IMG/VR virus record: IMGVR_UViG_3300020414_002797
Coordinates: 1-48,801 of that record
Origin: a virus
Taxonomy: Duplodnaviria > Caudoviricetes
Strand: one strand, 5' to 3'
DNA: 48,801 bases
Shown: positions 37,843-46,619 of the stretch, in pieces
Layout of the letters: each line of letters opens with the position of its first letter
Numbering within the stretch: position 1 is the stretch's first letter
The notes under the pieces: model-generated
What the model saw: the letters and a program-made list of their open reading frames with translations, nothing else
Told to the model about the DNA's origin: nothing
The model's database searches: none
Made by a program: the position numbers and the translations under genes

Positions 37843-38076
37843 ATGAACATAAAAGACATAGAAGATTTTAAAAAAATTAAGTTTGAAATTGATGAGCTTA
37901 AACAAAAACTAAACACAATCACTAACGCAAAGTTTAGACTTAAGGAGTCAAATATAAACATAAAGTCTGATTTCTATAAAAGCATTATAGAAAAAGAAAA
38001 CACTGATAAAGAAAAACTAGAAAAACTTATGAATAAACTAACCTTTATTAATATCCCACCCAGTGAAAAAGATTAA
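37843..38076 (+). CDS. Coiled-coil hypothetical protein
   Basis: AGGAG RBS before ATG 37843. Confidence 0.6.
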   Translation: MNIKDIEDFKKIKFEIDELKQKLNTITNAKFRLKESNINIKSDFYKSIIEKENTDKEKLEKLMNKLTFINIPPSEKD

Positions 38077-38128
38077 TTTATGTGTTAAAATAAAAGTATT
38101 AAAATAATATTTTTGACAGGAGTTTAGA

Positions 38129-38356
38129 ATGAAAAAAAAGTTTAAGCTAGAATGGATTAATGTTCCAGGTGTTGAATTTGGCTATAAAGAAATCTGGAAT
38201 CAAGAGGACATTAGATACGATTTTGGATCTGACAAATCAATTATGAAATTTACAAAAAAGTCAAAAAAAGGAAATGCATATATCATCTTTGACCATTCTG
38301 GTCAAGGTTTTCTTATTATTACAAGAGTTTCAAACAATACAAACATAACAACATAA
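38129..38356 (+). CDS. Hypothetical protein
   Basis: AGGAG RBS. Confidence 0.65.
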   Translation: MKKKFKLEWINVPGVEFGYKEIWNQEDIRYDFGSDKSIMKFTKKSKKGNAYIIFDHSGQGFLIITRVSNNTNITT

Positions 38357-38369
38357 AAGGAGAATGCTC

Positions 38370-38867
38370 ATGGGCGGCAAAGCTTTAAATGGAAAAACAA
38401 TTACAAATAACAATGCTTACGACTTGTTTAAAAAAATAGTCGACAGTAACAACCTAAAAGACAAGTCGAAAAAAATATTACTTTGCGGATCTGCAAGAAG
38501 AGGAAAAAATACTTGCGGTGATTTAGATATCGTCTTTATTGATGATAAAAACAATAGTTTAAAACATTGGCTCTCTGAAGTGTTTGGTTTCAAAAAGAAT
38601 GGAAAACCACAAACAGTTGGTTTAATAGACGGCGTTCAAATAGAATTTTATGAATCTACAGAAGAATGCTGGGGTTCACAAGTTCTTATGTGGACAGGAT
38701 CTGCTTCAAACAATATTCGACTAAGAAGAATATGTAAAAAAAGAGGATGGACAATGAGTCAGTATGGCATTAAAGATTCAACAAAAAGAAATCTAACATC
38801 GGGAATGTCTGAGCAAGAAATTTATACATTCTTAGGAATTGAATACTTAGAACCTGAGGAGAGATAA
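38370..38867 (+). CDS. Minimal family X DNA polymerase (palm + thumb only)
   Basis: CGSARRG...GDLDIV, WTGSA..N, MSQYGI, EQEIYTFLGIEYLEPEER. Confidence 0.85.
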   Translation: MGGKALNGKTITNNNAYDLFKKIVDSNNLKDKSKKILLCGSARRGKNTCGDLDIVFIDDKNNSLKHWLSEVFGFKKNGKPQTVGLIDGVQIEFYESTEECWGSQVLMWTGSASNNIRLRRICKKRGWTMSQYGIKDSTKRNLTSGMSEQEIYTFLGIEYLEPEER

Positions 38868-39022
38868 TGGAAAACATTGTTACAAGCATATTTTTTCTTG
38901 GAGTATGGTTTATATCTATTCTTTTTCCAATCTTTATTACAAGCAATGAAAAATACATCCAACAGAAAAAAGAATCAAGCATTTCTAAAAAAAGAGTAGA
39001 TACTCATTTTTTAAAGCAATAA
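38867..39022 (+). CDS. Small single-TM protein
   Basis: TAATG coupling; N-terminal hydrophobic helix. Confidence 0.5.
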   Translation: MENIVTSIFFLGVWFISILFPIFITSNEKYIQQKKESSISKKRVDTHFLKQ

Positions 39023-39032
39023 GGAGAAATAA

Positions 39033-39293
39033 GTGTTTTTTGAAAATATTAAAAATCTTGATCCAATTTACTCTACCAAACACGGGAAAGGAACAATAGT
39101 ATCTGTCCAGTGGAGAAGAGACAATCAGTTGTTAATGTGCTATTTTAAGTCTTTAAAATGTCATATATTTTTAACATCTGACGAAATTAATAGTGATACT
39201 AGCTATTCGTTAACACCTTTTAAAATCAAAGAAGAAGACCTAAAAGAAAATGTAGTAAAAAACAAAAATCAATTTTCTGAGGAAGATTTGTAA
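39033..39293 (+). CDS. SH3-like hypothetical protein
   Basis: GTG start after AAGGAG; HGKGTIV. Confidence 0.6.
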   Translation: MFFENIKNLDPIYSTKHGKGTIVSVQWRRDNQLLMCYFKSLKCHIFLTSDEINSDTSYSLTPFKIKEEDLKENVVKNKNQFSEEDL

Positions 39294-39323
39294 AAAAGAT
39301 GTATATATATTATAAGGTAGTTT

Positions 39324-39767
39324 ATGAAAGAAAGTTGGCAACAATTGTGTGTAGGGGATGTGATAACGATTAAAAGAGGTAACAAGTTTGCTTGCGTCTT
39401 CGTGTCAGATATTCCAGGATATCCAATTACAAAAAGTGACTTAGTAGAAGTAGTCGACTTTTTCTCAAATAATATTAGAACATATTCAATAGACTATGAT
39501 GAATATGTAAATCTTGATGCTAACTACAATCTATCTATAAACTATAAATACAAAGAAGGATCGCTTGTAAAAATAAATGTAGGGAAAAAAGAGAAGTTAA
39601 TGGGAACAATTATTTCTACTTACCCTCCTGAATTCAAAGCATATCCTGATCATCACAGAACATTGATTCATACGTTCTTTACTCCTCAATACAGCGTTAT
39701 GCTTGTAGACGGTAGCGAAACTATTATCAAAGAAACAAAGCTTAGTCTGGTATCAAAACCAAGCTAA
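39324..39767 (+). CDS. Hypothetical protein with two SH3-like repeats
   Basis: VGDVI and KEGSLV motifs. Confidence 0.6.
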   Translation: MKESWQQLCVGDVITIKRGNKFACVFVSDIPGYPITKSDLVEVVDFFSNNIRTYSIDYDEYVNLDANYNLSINYKYKEGSLVKINVGKKEKLMGTIISTYPPEFKAYPDHHRTLIHTFFTPQYSVMLVDGSETIIKETKLSLVSKPS

Positions 39768-39771
39768 CTAA

Positions 39772-39801
39772 GTGTAATTTAAAAATCAAATGTGATACAA
39801 T
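39772..39801 (+). promoter_or_regulatory. Variant early-type promoter
   Basis: GTGTAA-N18-TACAAT with TG extension. Confidence 0.6.
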
Positions 39802-39839
39802 AGTATTACAATAAACACAATATTACAAAGGAGAGTTAT

Positions 39840-40031
39840 ATGTCTAGATGCTATTTTAGTGCAGGTGATCGTGTTCAAACTATCGGCGGAAAAATGGCTG
39901 GTACTGTTTTATATCTTTGGTTCATGGATGCTGAAGATGATCGACACGAAATACCTTATGTTCGTGTCAAATGGGATGATGGTCATGAGTCGTCTCAAAA
40001 GGTTAGACACTTGGAATGGGAGGCAAAATGA
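39840..40031 (+). CDS. Small SH3-like protein
   Basis: FSAGDRV...GTV...VRVKWDDG. Confidence 0.7.
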   Translation: MSRCYFSAGDRVQTIGGKMAGTVLYLWFMDAEDDRHEIPYVRVKWDDGHESSQKVRHLEWEAK

Positions 40032-40390
40032 AAAAGAAACCTATTCACTTTTCTTATTGCAAAATGGAAAAGGAAGCTTGTTTAGAAATTCTTGTTTCAA
40101 AAAGAGACATGTATATTAATGCACTTACATACAGTAGTCCTGATGTTGCTTTGTCCAAAAGCTTTATTGCAGCAATCAATAGTGAGATAAATATGATTCA
40201 GTTTATAATTGAAAACATTGATAGGCCAAAGACAATTGAAGACCATCCTTACTTTTATAGCTGGATAAACGAAACAATAGAATTTCATAAAGCCTCAACG
40301 ACAAAAGAGCTTGATGCCTTTTTAAGCTTAAGAGATTTAATTTACAATAATAGTCAGGAGAAAACAACTAAAATAAAAGACACACATTGA
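40028..40390 (+). CDS. Hypothetical protein
   Basis: GGGAGG RBS before ATG 40028. Confidence 0.65.
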   Translation: MKKKPIHFSYCKMEKEACLEILVSKRDMYINALTYSSPDVALSKSFIAAINSEINMIQFIIENIDRPKTIEDHPYFYSWINETIEFHKASTTKELDAFLSLRDLIYNNSQEKTTKIKDTH

Positions 40391-40417
40391 GTAATAGATT
40401 TTAAATTTTGTTATAAT
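40389..40417 (+). promoter_or_regulatory. Phage early-type promoter
   Basis: GAGTAA-N17-TATAAT. Confidence 0.8.
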
Positions 40418-40452
40418 TTAATTACATAAAAAAGCAAAAAAAGGAGAGAATC

Positions 40453-40817
40453 ATGAATAAAAAATCACTCAAACAAATCCTGGTTCCTGGAATTGTTGAT
40501 TACAATCGTCTTTCATCGAAGCATATGAAAGAACTTATGAGAGAAAAGATAGCGTTCATACTGTTTGGTGCAATTCTGAAAACATAGTCGTTATAAAAAC
40601 AAGCAATATATCATCGATTTTCGAAGAGTGTGGTTCTGTCAACATGCTAGGAGAAAAACGCACCATTATTGTAACGATGGAAAATAAATTTAGATATAAA
40701 TTTACATACGAGACCGGTACTGCAATTAAGCTTCTTTGGAAAAGATCAATGAAATCTGCGGCACCCTTTGAATATAAAATGGACCAACAAAATCTTAATA
40801 GCTTTGGAGGTAAATAA
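40453..40817 (+). pseudogene. Frameshifted paralog of 44671-45042 (or sequencing error / recoding)
   Basis: Frame 0 MNKKSLKQILVPGIVDYNR joins -1 frame FIEAYE...ETGTAIKLLWKR at about 40510-40512. Confidence 0.7.
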
Positions 40818-41152
40818 TGCCTAGATTTAGAGAATGCAAACATTGCGGTGCTGAAGTTGACACATATTGCCAAACAAAAATAGAAGTAGGTGGATACATC
40901 AACGAATGTGTAGATTGTGTTTTAGAGCTAGGAACAGAAACAGCTGTAAGGTACAGAGGGGTTATTGACGGATCAGGCAAGATGGCAGCATTAAGTATTG
41001 TTGCCTTTGATTCGAAAGAAGATGCAGATGCATATGTTGCTTCTTTTAACTCCTGTGGATTTGGAAAAAGAAAGACAAATAATTGCAACCAGATACGCCA
41101 TCGTCACGTTGGCTTTAACGGTGGAAATGAAAACCACAAAGGAAAGCTATAA
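40817..41152 (+). CDS. Zn-finger hypothetical protein
   Basis: CKHC...CVDC; GGAGG RBS. Confidence 0.7.
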   Translation: MPRFRECKHCGAEVDTYCQTKIEVGGYINECVDCVLELGTETAVRYRGVIDGSGKMAALSIVAFDSKEDADAYVASFNSCGFGKRKTNNCNQIRHRHVGFNGGNENHKGKL

Positions 41153-41331
41153 TGTCAAAAAGTTTAATTGGTCAAATAGTACAACATGATGGAAAGCTTT
41201 TTCAAATTTTAGCTGAAAACTCTACGATGCTTAGAGCATGCTCTTATAACAAAACTTGTGGTATTGAAACTACAATATTTGTTTCAAAATCAACAGGAAA
41301 AGTTATTGCAAAAAAGGAGAAAAGAAAGTGA
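41152..41331 (+). CDS. Small hypothetical protein (59 aa)
   Basis: TAATG coupling. Confidence 0.55.
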   Translation: MSKSLIGQIVQHDGKLFQILAENSTMLRACSYNKTCGIETTIFVSKSTGKVIAKKEKRK

Positions 41332-41609
41332 AAATGATAAAACTTGAAAACGGAAATATAGTTTGGGTTGTAACAATGGATACTGATACCACCTCTGATC
41401 AGTTTATTGGTGTCTATAGGACTTTAAATCTTGCAATTGCAGATGTTAAATTTTGGTTTGCAAATCTTAATGAGGTAAGTCTAAAGCACGATTTTAAAGA
41501 AGATCAAAAGCACTGGGAGATGACTAGCACTTCTCAATGTACCCAGACGTGGACATGTAAAAATTCTAAACAAATAAGAACAATAAGCTTCTCTGAATAC
41601 GGATTGTAA
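41328..41609 (+). CDS. Hypothetical protein
   Basis: AAGGAG RBS. Confidence 0.6.
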   Translation: MKMIKLENGNIVWVVTMDTDTTSDQFIGVYRTLNLAIADVKFWFANLNEVSLKHDFKEDQKHWEMTSTSQCTQTWTCKNSKQIRTISFSEYGL

Positions 41610-41939
41610 ATGTCTGATAAAGATCTTATAGATTTAGGAAAAGGAAAAATAAAAAGTGATATGATAAGCTCATATGCAAGTGATTTGTTTAAAGATTTTA
41701 AATCTGGGTCTTTGATAGTTACAAAAAACAAGTCAATGTGTGTAACAATATTGCAAGTCGTTAATTGTTATTCAACTGAAGCTGGTGCGTTTGCATCAAT
41801 TCAGATTATTGACACAGAAGGCTCTGTTTCGATATATCTTGTTATATTTGACGAAGCGGGTGATAGATTTATTCTAAACAATTTAAAACAACACTCAGAG
41901 ATTATTGAGATTATAAAAAATAATTCAAAACAAAATTAG
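41610..41939 (+). CDS. Hypothetical protein
   Basis: ORF in operon; FKSGSLI. Confidence 0.6.
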   Translation: MSDKDLIDLGKGKIKSDMISSYASDLFKDFKSGSLIVTKNKSMCVTILQVVNCYSTEAGAFASIQIIDTEGSVSIYLVIFDEAGDRFILNNLKQHSEIIEIIKNNSKQN

Positions 41940-41998
41940 AGCAATTGTTTTAATTTTATGATATAATAGTTTTACAAGGAAAATTTTATTTTGGAGGT
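41939..41998 (+). promoter_or_regulatory. Promoter + leader cassette
   Basis: GAGCAA-N17-TATAAT then ACAAGGAAAAT...TTGGAGG. Confidence 0.75.
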
Positions 41999-42001
41999 TT
42001 T

Positions 42002-42514
42002 ATGAAAGCATGTGAAAAGCTTAATATTGACATTAGAAGTATTTATCCTATTATCATTGGTCGAACAGGGGATCCTGAGACTGATTTTAATGCAAGGTGC
42101 GGATATCATATTTCAACTTTGCGCAATATGGCATGGGGTTTCTTAAGAGATGCAGGTCTCTATGACGAGATGCTTGAAGATGACAAATACTTTACACGTC
42201 GTTTTGGCAAGGGCGAAGATGACAATAGGATTAGAGGGGACCTTGATGCTTCATATCTTGATATTCACTACCCGAATGGTATTATGAGACTTTACTATAA
42301 ACATAATCGACACGTCTTGTTTTTTAAAAAGCCGGGTTATGGTAAGAATATTGAAAAACCGCAAGATCCAGGCCCGTGCACTTCAAAAGGTTGTGAAAGT
42401 GGAAGGTTTTATTCTCACGGAACATTGTACCCGTGCAGTCATTGTATGGAAATTGAAAGATATAACTTGAAACTTGCAGACTGGAAGCATTTAAAAGGAG
42501 AAAAAACATGCTAA
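42002..42514 (+). CDS. Hypothetical protein with C-terminal Zn finger
   Basis: CTSKGC...CSHC. Confidence 0.7.
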   Translation: MKACEKLNIDIRSIYPIIIGRTGDPETDFNARCGYHISTLRNMAWGFLRDAGLYDEMLEDDKYFTRRFGKGEDDNRIRGDLDASYLDIHYPNGIMRLYYKHNRHVLFFKKPGYGKNIEKPQDPGPCTSKGCESGRFYSHGTLYPCSHCMEIERYNLKLADWKHLKGEKTC

Positions 42515-42583
42515 CTATTGGAGCAACAACAGTTTTAATATGCTTATTTGTTTATGTTTGGATGAAAACTTTTGGAGAGTGAA

Positions 42584-42859
42584 ATGTATATAATAGTTAA
42601 AGATGTAGTTGTTGGAAAGGGTTCAATACCAGCTTTAAGAATTACTTCAAAAAGAGTTATTGTCTTAAACAGAGCTTCGTACGCAGAAGCATTTCGATCA
42701 AAAAATCGTGCAATGATGGCTTTAAAGCAAATAGTAGAAGACACGAATGAGAAACATGAAGTTATTAACGATGAAAAGTACGGAGGAAATGCTTACTCAT
42801 TATTTGGAGGAGCTGAGATTTTTTATGTATATGAGCTTTATGTTGATAATAGCTTGTAG
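42584..42859 (+). CDS. Hypothetical protein
   Basis: GGAG RBS before ATG 42584. Confidence 0.6.
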   Translation: MYIIVKDVVVGKGSIPALRITSKRVIVLNRASYAEAFRSKNRAMMALKQIVEDTNEKHEVINDEKYGGNAYSLFGGAEIFYVYELYVDNSL

Positions 42860-42874
42860 ATTCCAACACACTTA

Positions 42875-42903
42875 GAGTAATAGATTATTATTTGTAATAT
42901 AAT
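42875..42903 (+). promoter_or_regulatory. Phage early-type promoter
   Basis: GAGTAA-N17-TATAAT. Confidence 0.8.
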
Positions 42904-42940
42904 AAAAACATCAATAAAAATACACACACAGGATTTTGAT

Positions 42941-43069
42941 ATGAGAACAATCAAATTTATACTTACATTCATTGTAGCTTTTCTTGCAATAAGTTTCCTC
43001 CAGACACTTATTCCGGATGTTACTAATCTTTTATGTATTGCTTATCTTGCTTATTCAATTGCCGACTAG
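42941..43069 (+). CDS. Small hydrophobic protein (42 aa)
   Basis: AGGA RBS, first ORF after promoter. Confidence 0.5.
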   Translation: MRTIKFILTFIVAFLAISFLQTLIPDVTNLLCIAYLAYSIAD

Positions 43070-43078
43070 GAGACAATT

Positions 43079-43303
43079 ATGAAAATTAAAATACCATTTA
43101 CAAACAAACAAGTAATCTTAGATCCTATTTATGAAGGTCTATTTATCCTTGTTGGGTTTTACGCTCTTTTTGCTATATCAGTTTTGGCAATGGCGGCATT
43201 TGGCCCAACTAAGGTTTGTGCCTTTATTGGAGTCTTAATTTTAATTCACATGCTAAAAACATCACAAGTCGAAGAATCTGGGGTTAAAAATGTCAAAGAA
43301 TAA
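43079..43303 (+). CDS. Two-TM small membrane protein
   Basis: AGGAG RBS. Confidence 0.65.
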   Translation: MKIKIPFTNKQVILDPIYEGLFILVGFYALFAISVLAMAAFGPTKVCAFIGVLILIHMLKTSQVEESGVKNVKE

Positions 43304-43448
43304 AAAGAAGAATAAAATACCAAAGCCTAGAAATTGGCTTGCAATTCATGCTTTTCAAAGATCCGGATCGGGAAGTCATGGTGATAAAAAGAAGCAAAGA
43401 AATAAAAAAGCTTGCCGTCAAAAAATTAAACTTTCTGACAAGCACTAG
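43290..43448 (+). CDS. Very basic 52-aa protein
   Basis: MSKNKKKNKIPKPRNWLAIHAFQRSGSGSHGDKKKQRNKKACR... Confidence 0.6.
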   Translation: MSKNKKKNKIPKPRNWLAIHAFQRSGSGSHGDKKKQRNKKACRQKIKLSDKH

Positions 43449-43459
43449 GAGCTTTTAAT

Positions 43460-43750
43460 ATGAAAGCGTTGTCGCATATAGAGTGCCCACTGTCAATAGG
43501 AGACTTGATTTATTTTGAAAAAGACAATAGTCTTGCTGAGAAGTTTCCTGCTATTGTATTAAGCACACATAGATTAAAGCAAGGGAAAGATAAGACTTAT
43601 TTTATTGGCAGCATAACAGTTATAGTTGAAAACGAAATAACTGGCGCAAACATTTACTATAACATTATATCGAAAGATATTAGAATATCTTTGGTCGCAG
43701 GTTCGAATTTCTTCGGAAATGAGCGCATTGTTGATATTATTAAACTGTAA
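43460..43750 (+). CDS. SH3-like hypothetical protein
   Basis: LSIGDLIY; AGGAG RBS. Confidence 0.6.
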   Translation: MKALSHIECPLSIGDLIYFEKDNSLAEKFPAIVLSTHRLKQGKDKTYFIGSITVIVENEITGANIYYNIISKDIRISLVAGSNFFGNERIVDIIKL

Positions 43751-43769
43751 ATTAACACTAACTTACAAA

Positions 43770-43829
43770 GAGTATTTGAATTAATTTTGTGATATAATAG
43801 TATCACAAGGAAAATATTTTATTGGAGGA
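43770..43829 (+). promoter_or_regulatory. Promoter + leader cassette with inverted repeat across -10
   Basis: GAGTAT-N17-TATAAT; TTGTGATA-N6-TATCACAA at 43787-43808. Confidence 0.8.
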
Positions 43830-43832
43830 CTT

Positions 43833-44051
43833 ATGAATTCACGTTTCGCTGAGATTAAAAAATCTGTTGAACTTTCTTATAAACCCACATACATTGCAAA
43901 GCTAAAAGAGCTTAATGATTTACCTGATTGCAGCAGAAAGAAAACTGGATCAATATCAGCTCGCATCTTATGGCTTGCAGGTGATTATGATAATGCAATT
44001 AGAATTTTAAACGAAGCTATTAACGAAATTAAACAAGGAGAAAACCAATGA
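43833..44051 (+). CDS. Hypothetical protein
   Basis: GGAGG RBS. Confidence 0.65.
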   Translation: MNSRFAEIKKSVELSYKPTYIAKLKELNDLPDCSRKKTGSISARILWLAGDYDNAIRILNEAINEIKQGENQ

Positions 44052-44278
44052 GCATTTATCGAACAGATACACTTGGTGATCACTATATCGCCAAGCGAAA
44101 ACATACAGCAAGAAAAAATCATAACTGCTGCGATTGTAATCATACTATTAAAAAAGGCAACGAATATACAAGAACTGTTGGAACTTATGATGGATATTTT
44201 GTTTCAAATGCCTGGCATACAAAATGTCATGAAAACCATTTACAATACCTAAACGACAAGAGTAGAAAGGAGGGCTAA
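44048..44278 (+). CDS. Small Zn-binding protein
   Basis: ARKNHNCCDC..IKKG..Y...HTKC. Confidence 0.7.
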   Translation: MSIYRTDTLGDHYIAKRKHTARKNHNCCDCNHTIKKGNEYTRTVGTYDGYFVSNAWHTKCHENHLQYLNDKSRKEG

Positions 44279-44281
44279 ACA

Positions 44282-44494
44282 ATGCCAAAATTTAAAGTAA
44301 TGGTCTGGGTTGACTATTCAGTAACAGAAACCTATTTCAAAACCGTTGAAGCTGAAAATGAAGCTGATGCTATGAGTCTCGCTGAACGGGCAATCGAAGA
44401 AGGGGACTATGATGAGGAGTGGGATTCTAATTGTTACGATATAACAACTGAAGCCAACGAAAACAGTGTTGAATTAATCGAAGACGAGGACTAA
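44282..44494 (+). CDS. Small acidic protein (VEAENEADA motif)
   Basis: GGAGG RBS. Confidence 0.65.
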   Translation: MPKFKVMVWVDYSVTETYFKTVEAENEADAMSLAERAIEEGDYDEEWDSNCYDITTEANENSVELIEDED

Positions 44495-44498
44495 TAAA

Positions 44499-44660
44499 AT
44501 GACATTACAACAATTTCAAACAAAACTTGAAAACCTATGCTGGGACGATCTTATGACTGTTTATTCAAATCGTTTTGAATATAGTAAGGAAAAACAAAAA
44601 ATTATTCAACAAGTACATTCAAAGCGTTGTGATGCTTTTAATCGATACATGTGCTTCTAA
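44499..44660 (+). CDS. Small hypothetical protein (53 aa)
   Basis: GAGGA RBS. Confidence 0.55.
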   Translation: MTLQQFQTKLENLCWDDLMTVYSNRFEYSKEKQKIIQQVHSKRCDAFNRYMCF

Positions 44661-44670
44661 GGAGACTAAT

Positions 44671-45042
44671 ATGGAAAATGATCTTTCAAAATATTTTGTA
44701 CCAGGCATGATAAACTACACGTCCCGCTATGTTGAGGCCTTTAAAGCATTAATATGCAGAGACAAAGGAGTAAGAAACTCAGACAATGAAGTGCTAATTA
44801 ACCTAAACAGCATTTCCTCAATAGAAAAAAGGCAATTTAGGTGCGGCGTATATAGTAAGGGTCCTATCCATGATTTTTGGACAGTACATATTCAAAACAG
44901 CGCGCATTACTATGAGTTCGAATATCACACAGGGCTTGCCATAGTCCTTTTATGGAAGCGACACTTTCGGGAAGGCGGTTATCGAATGGAAAAAGAAAGA
45001 CCCTTTTATGAAAAACAACTAAAGGGAGAACAAGATGTATAA
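44671..45042 (+). CDS. Hypothetical protein, intact paralog of 40453-40817
   Basis: AAGGAG RBS before ATG 44671. Confidence 0.7.
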   Translation: MENDLSKYFVPGMINYTSRYVEAFKALICRDKGVRNSDNEVLINLNSISSIEKRQFRCGVYSKGPIHDFWTVHIQNSAHYYEFEYHTGLAIVLLWKRHFREGGYRMEKERPFYEKQLKGEQDV

Positions 45043-45256
45043 CCTACCCGAAGATTGGAACTGCTATTGGTATACATGTCCGGAACATGATGTAAAATAT
45101 CATGCGTCTGAAGGCTGTCCAATATGTGAAATGAGCGAAGAAGAACAAGCACAGTGGATGGAAAATAGAAATAGTGATCTTGATGCAGAAGCTGAGCTAA
45201 GATATTATGACGAACAATGTCAAGACTGGGAACCCATGGATCATCCTGAATGGTAA
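45035..45256 (+). CDS. Small acidic Zn-binding protein
   Basis: CPEH...CPIC. Confidence 0.65.
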   Translation: MYNLPEDWNCYWYTCPEHDVKYHASEGCPICEMSEEEQAQWMENRNSDLDAEAELRYYDEQCQDWEPMDHPEW

Positions 45257-45268
45257 AGAGAGAAGACA

Positions 45269-45547
45269 ATGATCAATAAAGATAACATGAACAATGGAGG
45301 CTTGGAAGCCTGGGCGCTTCAAGATGATGCAGTTGAAACCAATGATTTATGCAATTATAGAGTTTATGAAATGTATTGTGATGATAATAACGGACAGGAA
45401 GAGCTTGAATATATAATTGAAAGACTTAGAGAAGCTTACACTTTAGGCGGAAGAGTTATTAAAATCGAACTAATAGAATTACAAAACATCGATAAACATT
45501 TAAATCCTGATAACTCGAGTCATGATTTTAAATATCCAAACGGATAA
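45269..45547 (+). CDS. Acidic hypothetical protein
   Basis: ORF in operon. Confidence 0.6.
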   Translation: MINKDNMNNGGLEAWALQDDAVETNDLCNYRVYEMYCDDNNGQEELEYIIERLREAYTLGGRVIKIELIELQNIDKHLNPDNSSHDFKYPNG

Positions 45548-45560
45548 CAAATCATTTAAT

Positions 45561-45621
45561 GAGTATTTGTTTTAAATTTATGATATAATAGTATCACAAG
45601 GAAAATAACTTTTTATTGGAG
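45561..45621 (+). promoter_or_regulatory. Promoter + leader cassette
   Basis: GAGTAT-N17-TATAAT; 27 nt identical to 43790-43816. Confidence 0.8.
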
Positions 45622-45626
45622 ACGAT

Positions 45627-46292
45627 ATGACCGAAGAAAAAACATGGACACAAGAAGACATCAATCAGATGCTAGAAACAAACGACGCTGCTGTCGAACG
45701 TGCTGTTCTTAGAATTCATGATAATATTGATTTTCTAAGACCTAGATTTGATTTAGGCGCAACAGCTTGGCAAACTGAAAACATTCTTAAAAACTTTGCT
45801 CAATTCCTCAGGGGTCAAGACGATAAAGGAAACCAAAGATGGCAGCCTAAGTCTTTGACACATCGTATTGCAAATAGACAGCTTAAAAAGCTTTGCTATC
45901 CTAACAAAAACGTAATTCAAACTGCTAGATCGATTGTTAAAAGATTTGCAGTCTATCTTACCAATGTAGCAAATAACCACTACGAAAAAGAAAAGATAGC
46001 TGTTGATGGAATTACAGATTGGCCTGATCATATTTTTCTTGGAGGTCCTCGTCAAAGAAGATATGGTGATCGATATGAATATGAAATGGTTTTAAAATCT
46101 AAAGGATATTCTTTACCGCCGTCTCAGTGGCCGACTTTTTACAACTTTGAAAACAAGACAATACAGGAAATATTGTCTTTGCAAATTGGATGGAGAGCCA
46201 GAAACAAACATGAATCAATCAACTCAATTGACCCGCAATATATCATTGACAGATACCACTTTGTTAAAACAACATATTCATACCTTGACTAG
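45627..46292 (+). CDS. Hypothetical phage protein
   Basis: GGAG RBS; WTQEDI..LETND.AVERA N-terminus. Confidence 0.7.
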   Translation: MTEEKTWTQEDINQMLETNDAAVERAVLRIHDNIDFLRPRFDLGATAWQTENILKNFAQFLRGQDDKGNQRWQPKSLTHRIANRQLKKLCYPNKNVIQTARSIVKRFAVYLTNVANNHYEKEKIAVDGITDWPDHIFLGGPRQRRYGDRYEYEMVLKSKGYSLPPSQWPTFYNFENKTIQEILSLQIGWRARNKHESINSIDPQYIIDRYHFVKTTYSYLD

Positions 46293-46301
46293 GAGAACAT
46301 T

Positions 46302-46619
46302 ATGACTTACACAAAAAGATTACGATATCTCCATCAGCTTGAATTGCAAAAGGATGCAGAACAAGAATCTGATTCAGTATTAGCATCCCAAGAAGAATTT
46401 GCTAATACATGCAAACGAACAATTGAAGTTTGTTTAGATCATGTCAAATGTGCAATAATAATGGTGTCAAAAAACATAGATGTAGATAGACAAATGAAAA
46501 TACTAAAAGCGCAGCGGCGACCAATATCAGACAATATTTCGAGATTGGAAAAAATCGGAAGAGGCGATTTAATAAGCGATGAAGCTCGCTGTTTCATTAG
46601 AAACATTGTCAATCTTTGA
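46302..46619 (+). CDS. Hypothetical protein
   Basis: AGGAG RBS. Confidence 0.65.
   Translation: MTYTKRLRYLHQLELQKDAEQESDSVLASQEEFANTCKRTIEVCLDHVKCAIIMVSKNIDVDRQMKILKAQRRPISDNISRLEKIGRGDLISDEARCFIRNIVNL

Noticed and set aside
40556-41088. Minus-strand ORFs 40556-40873 and 40795-41088
   Set aside because: Antisense to the frameshifted gene and Zn-finger gene, which have promoter, RBS and paralog support
43691-43706. 16-nt match (TTGGTCGCAGGTTCGA) to tRNA-Lys at 17114-17129, as a tRNA or att site
   Set aside because: Lies inside an ORF, no cloverleaf, no integrase in window; probably chance
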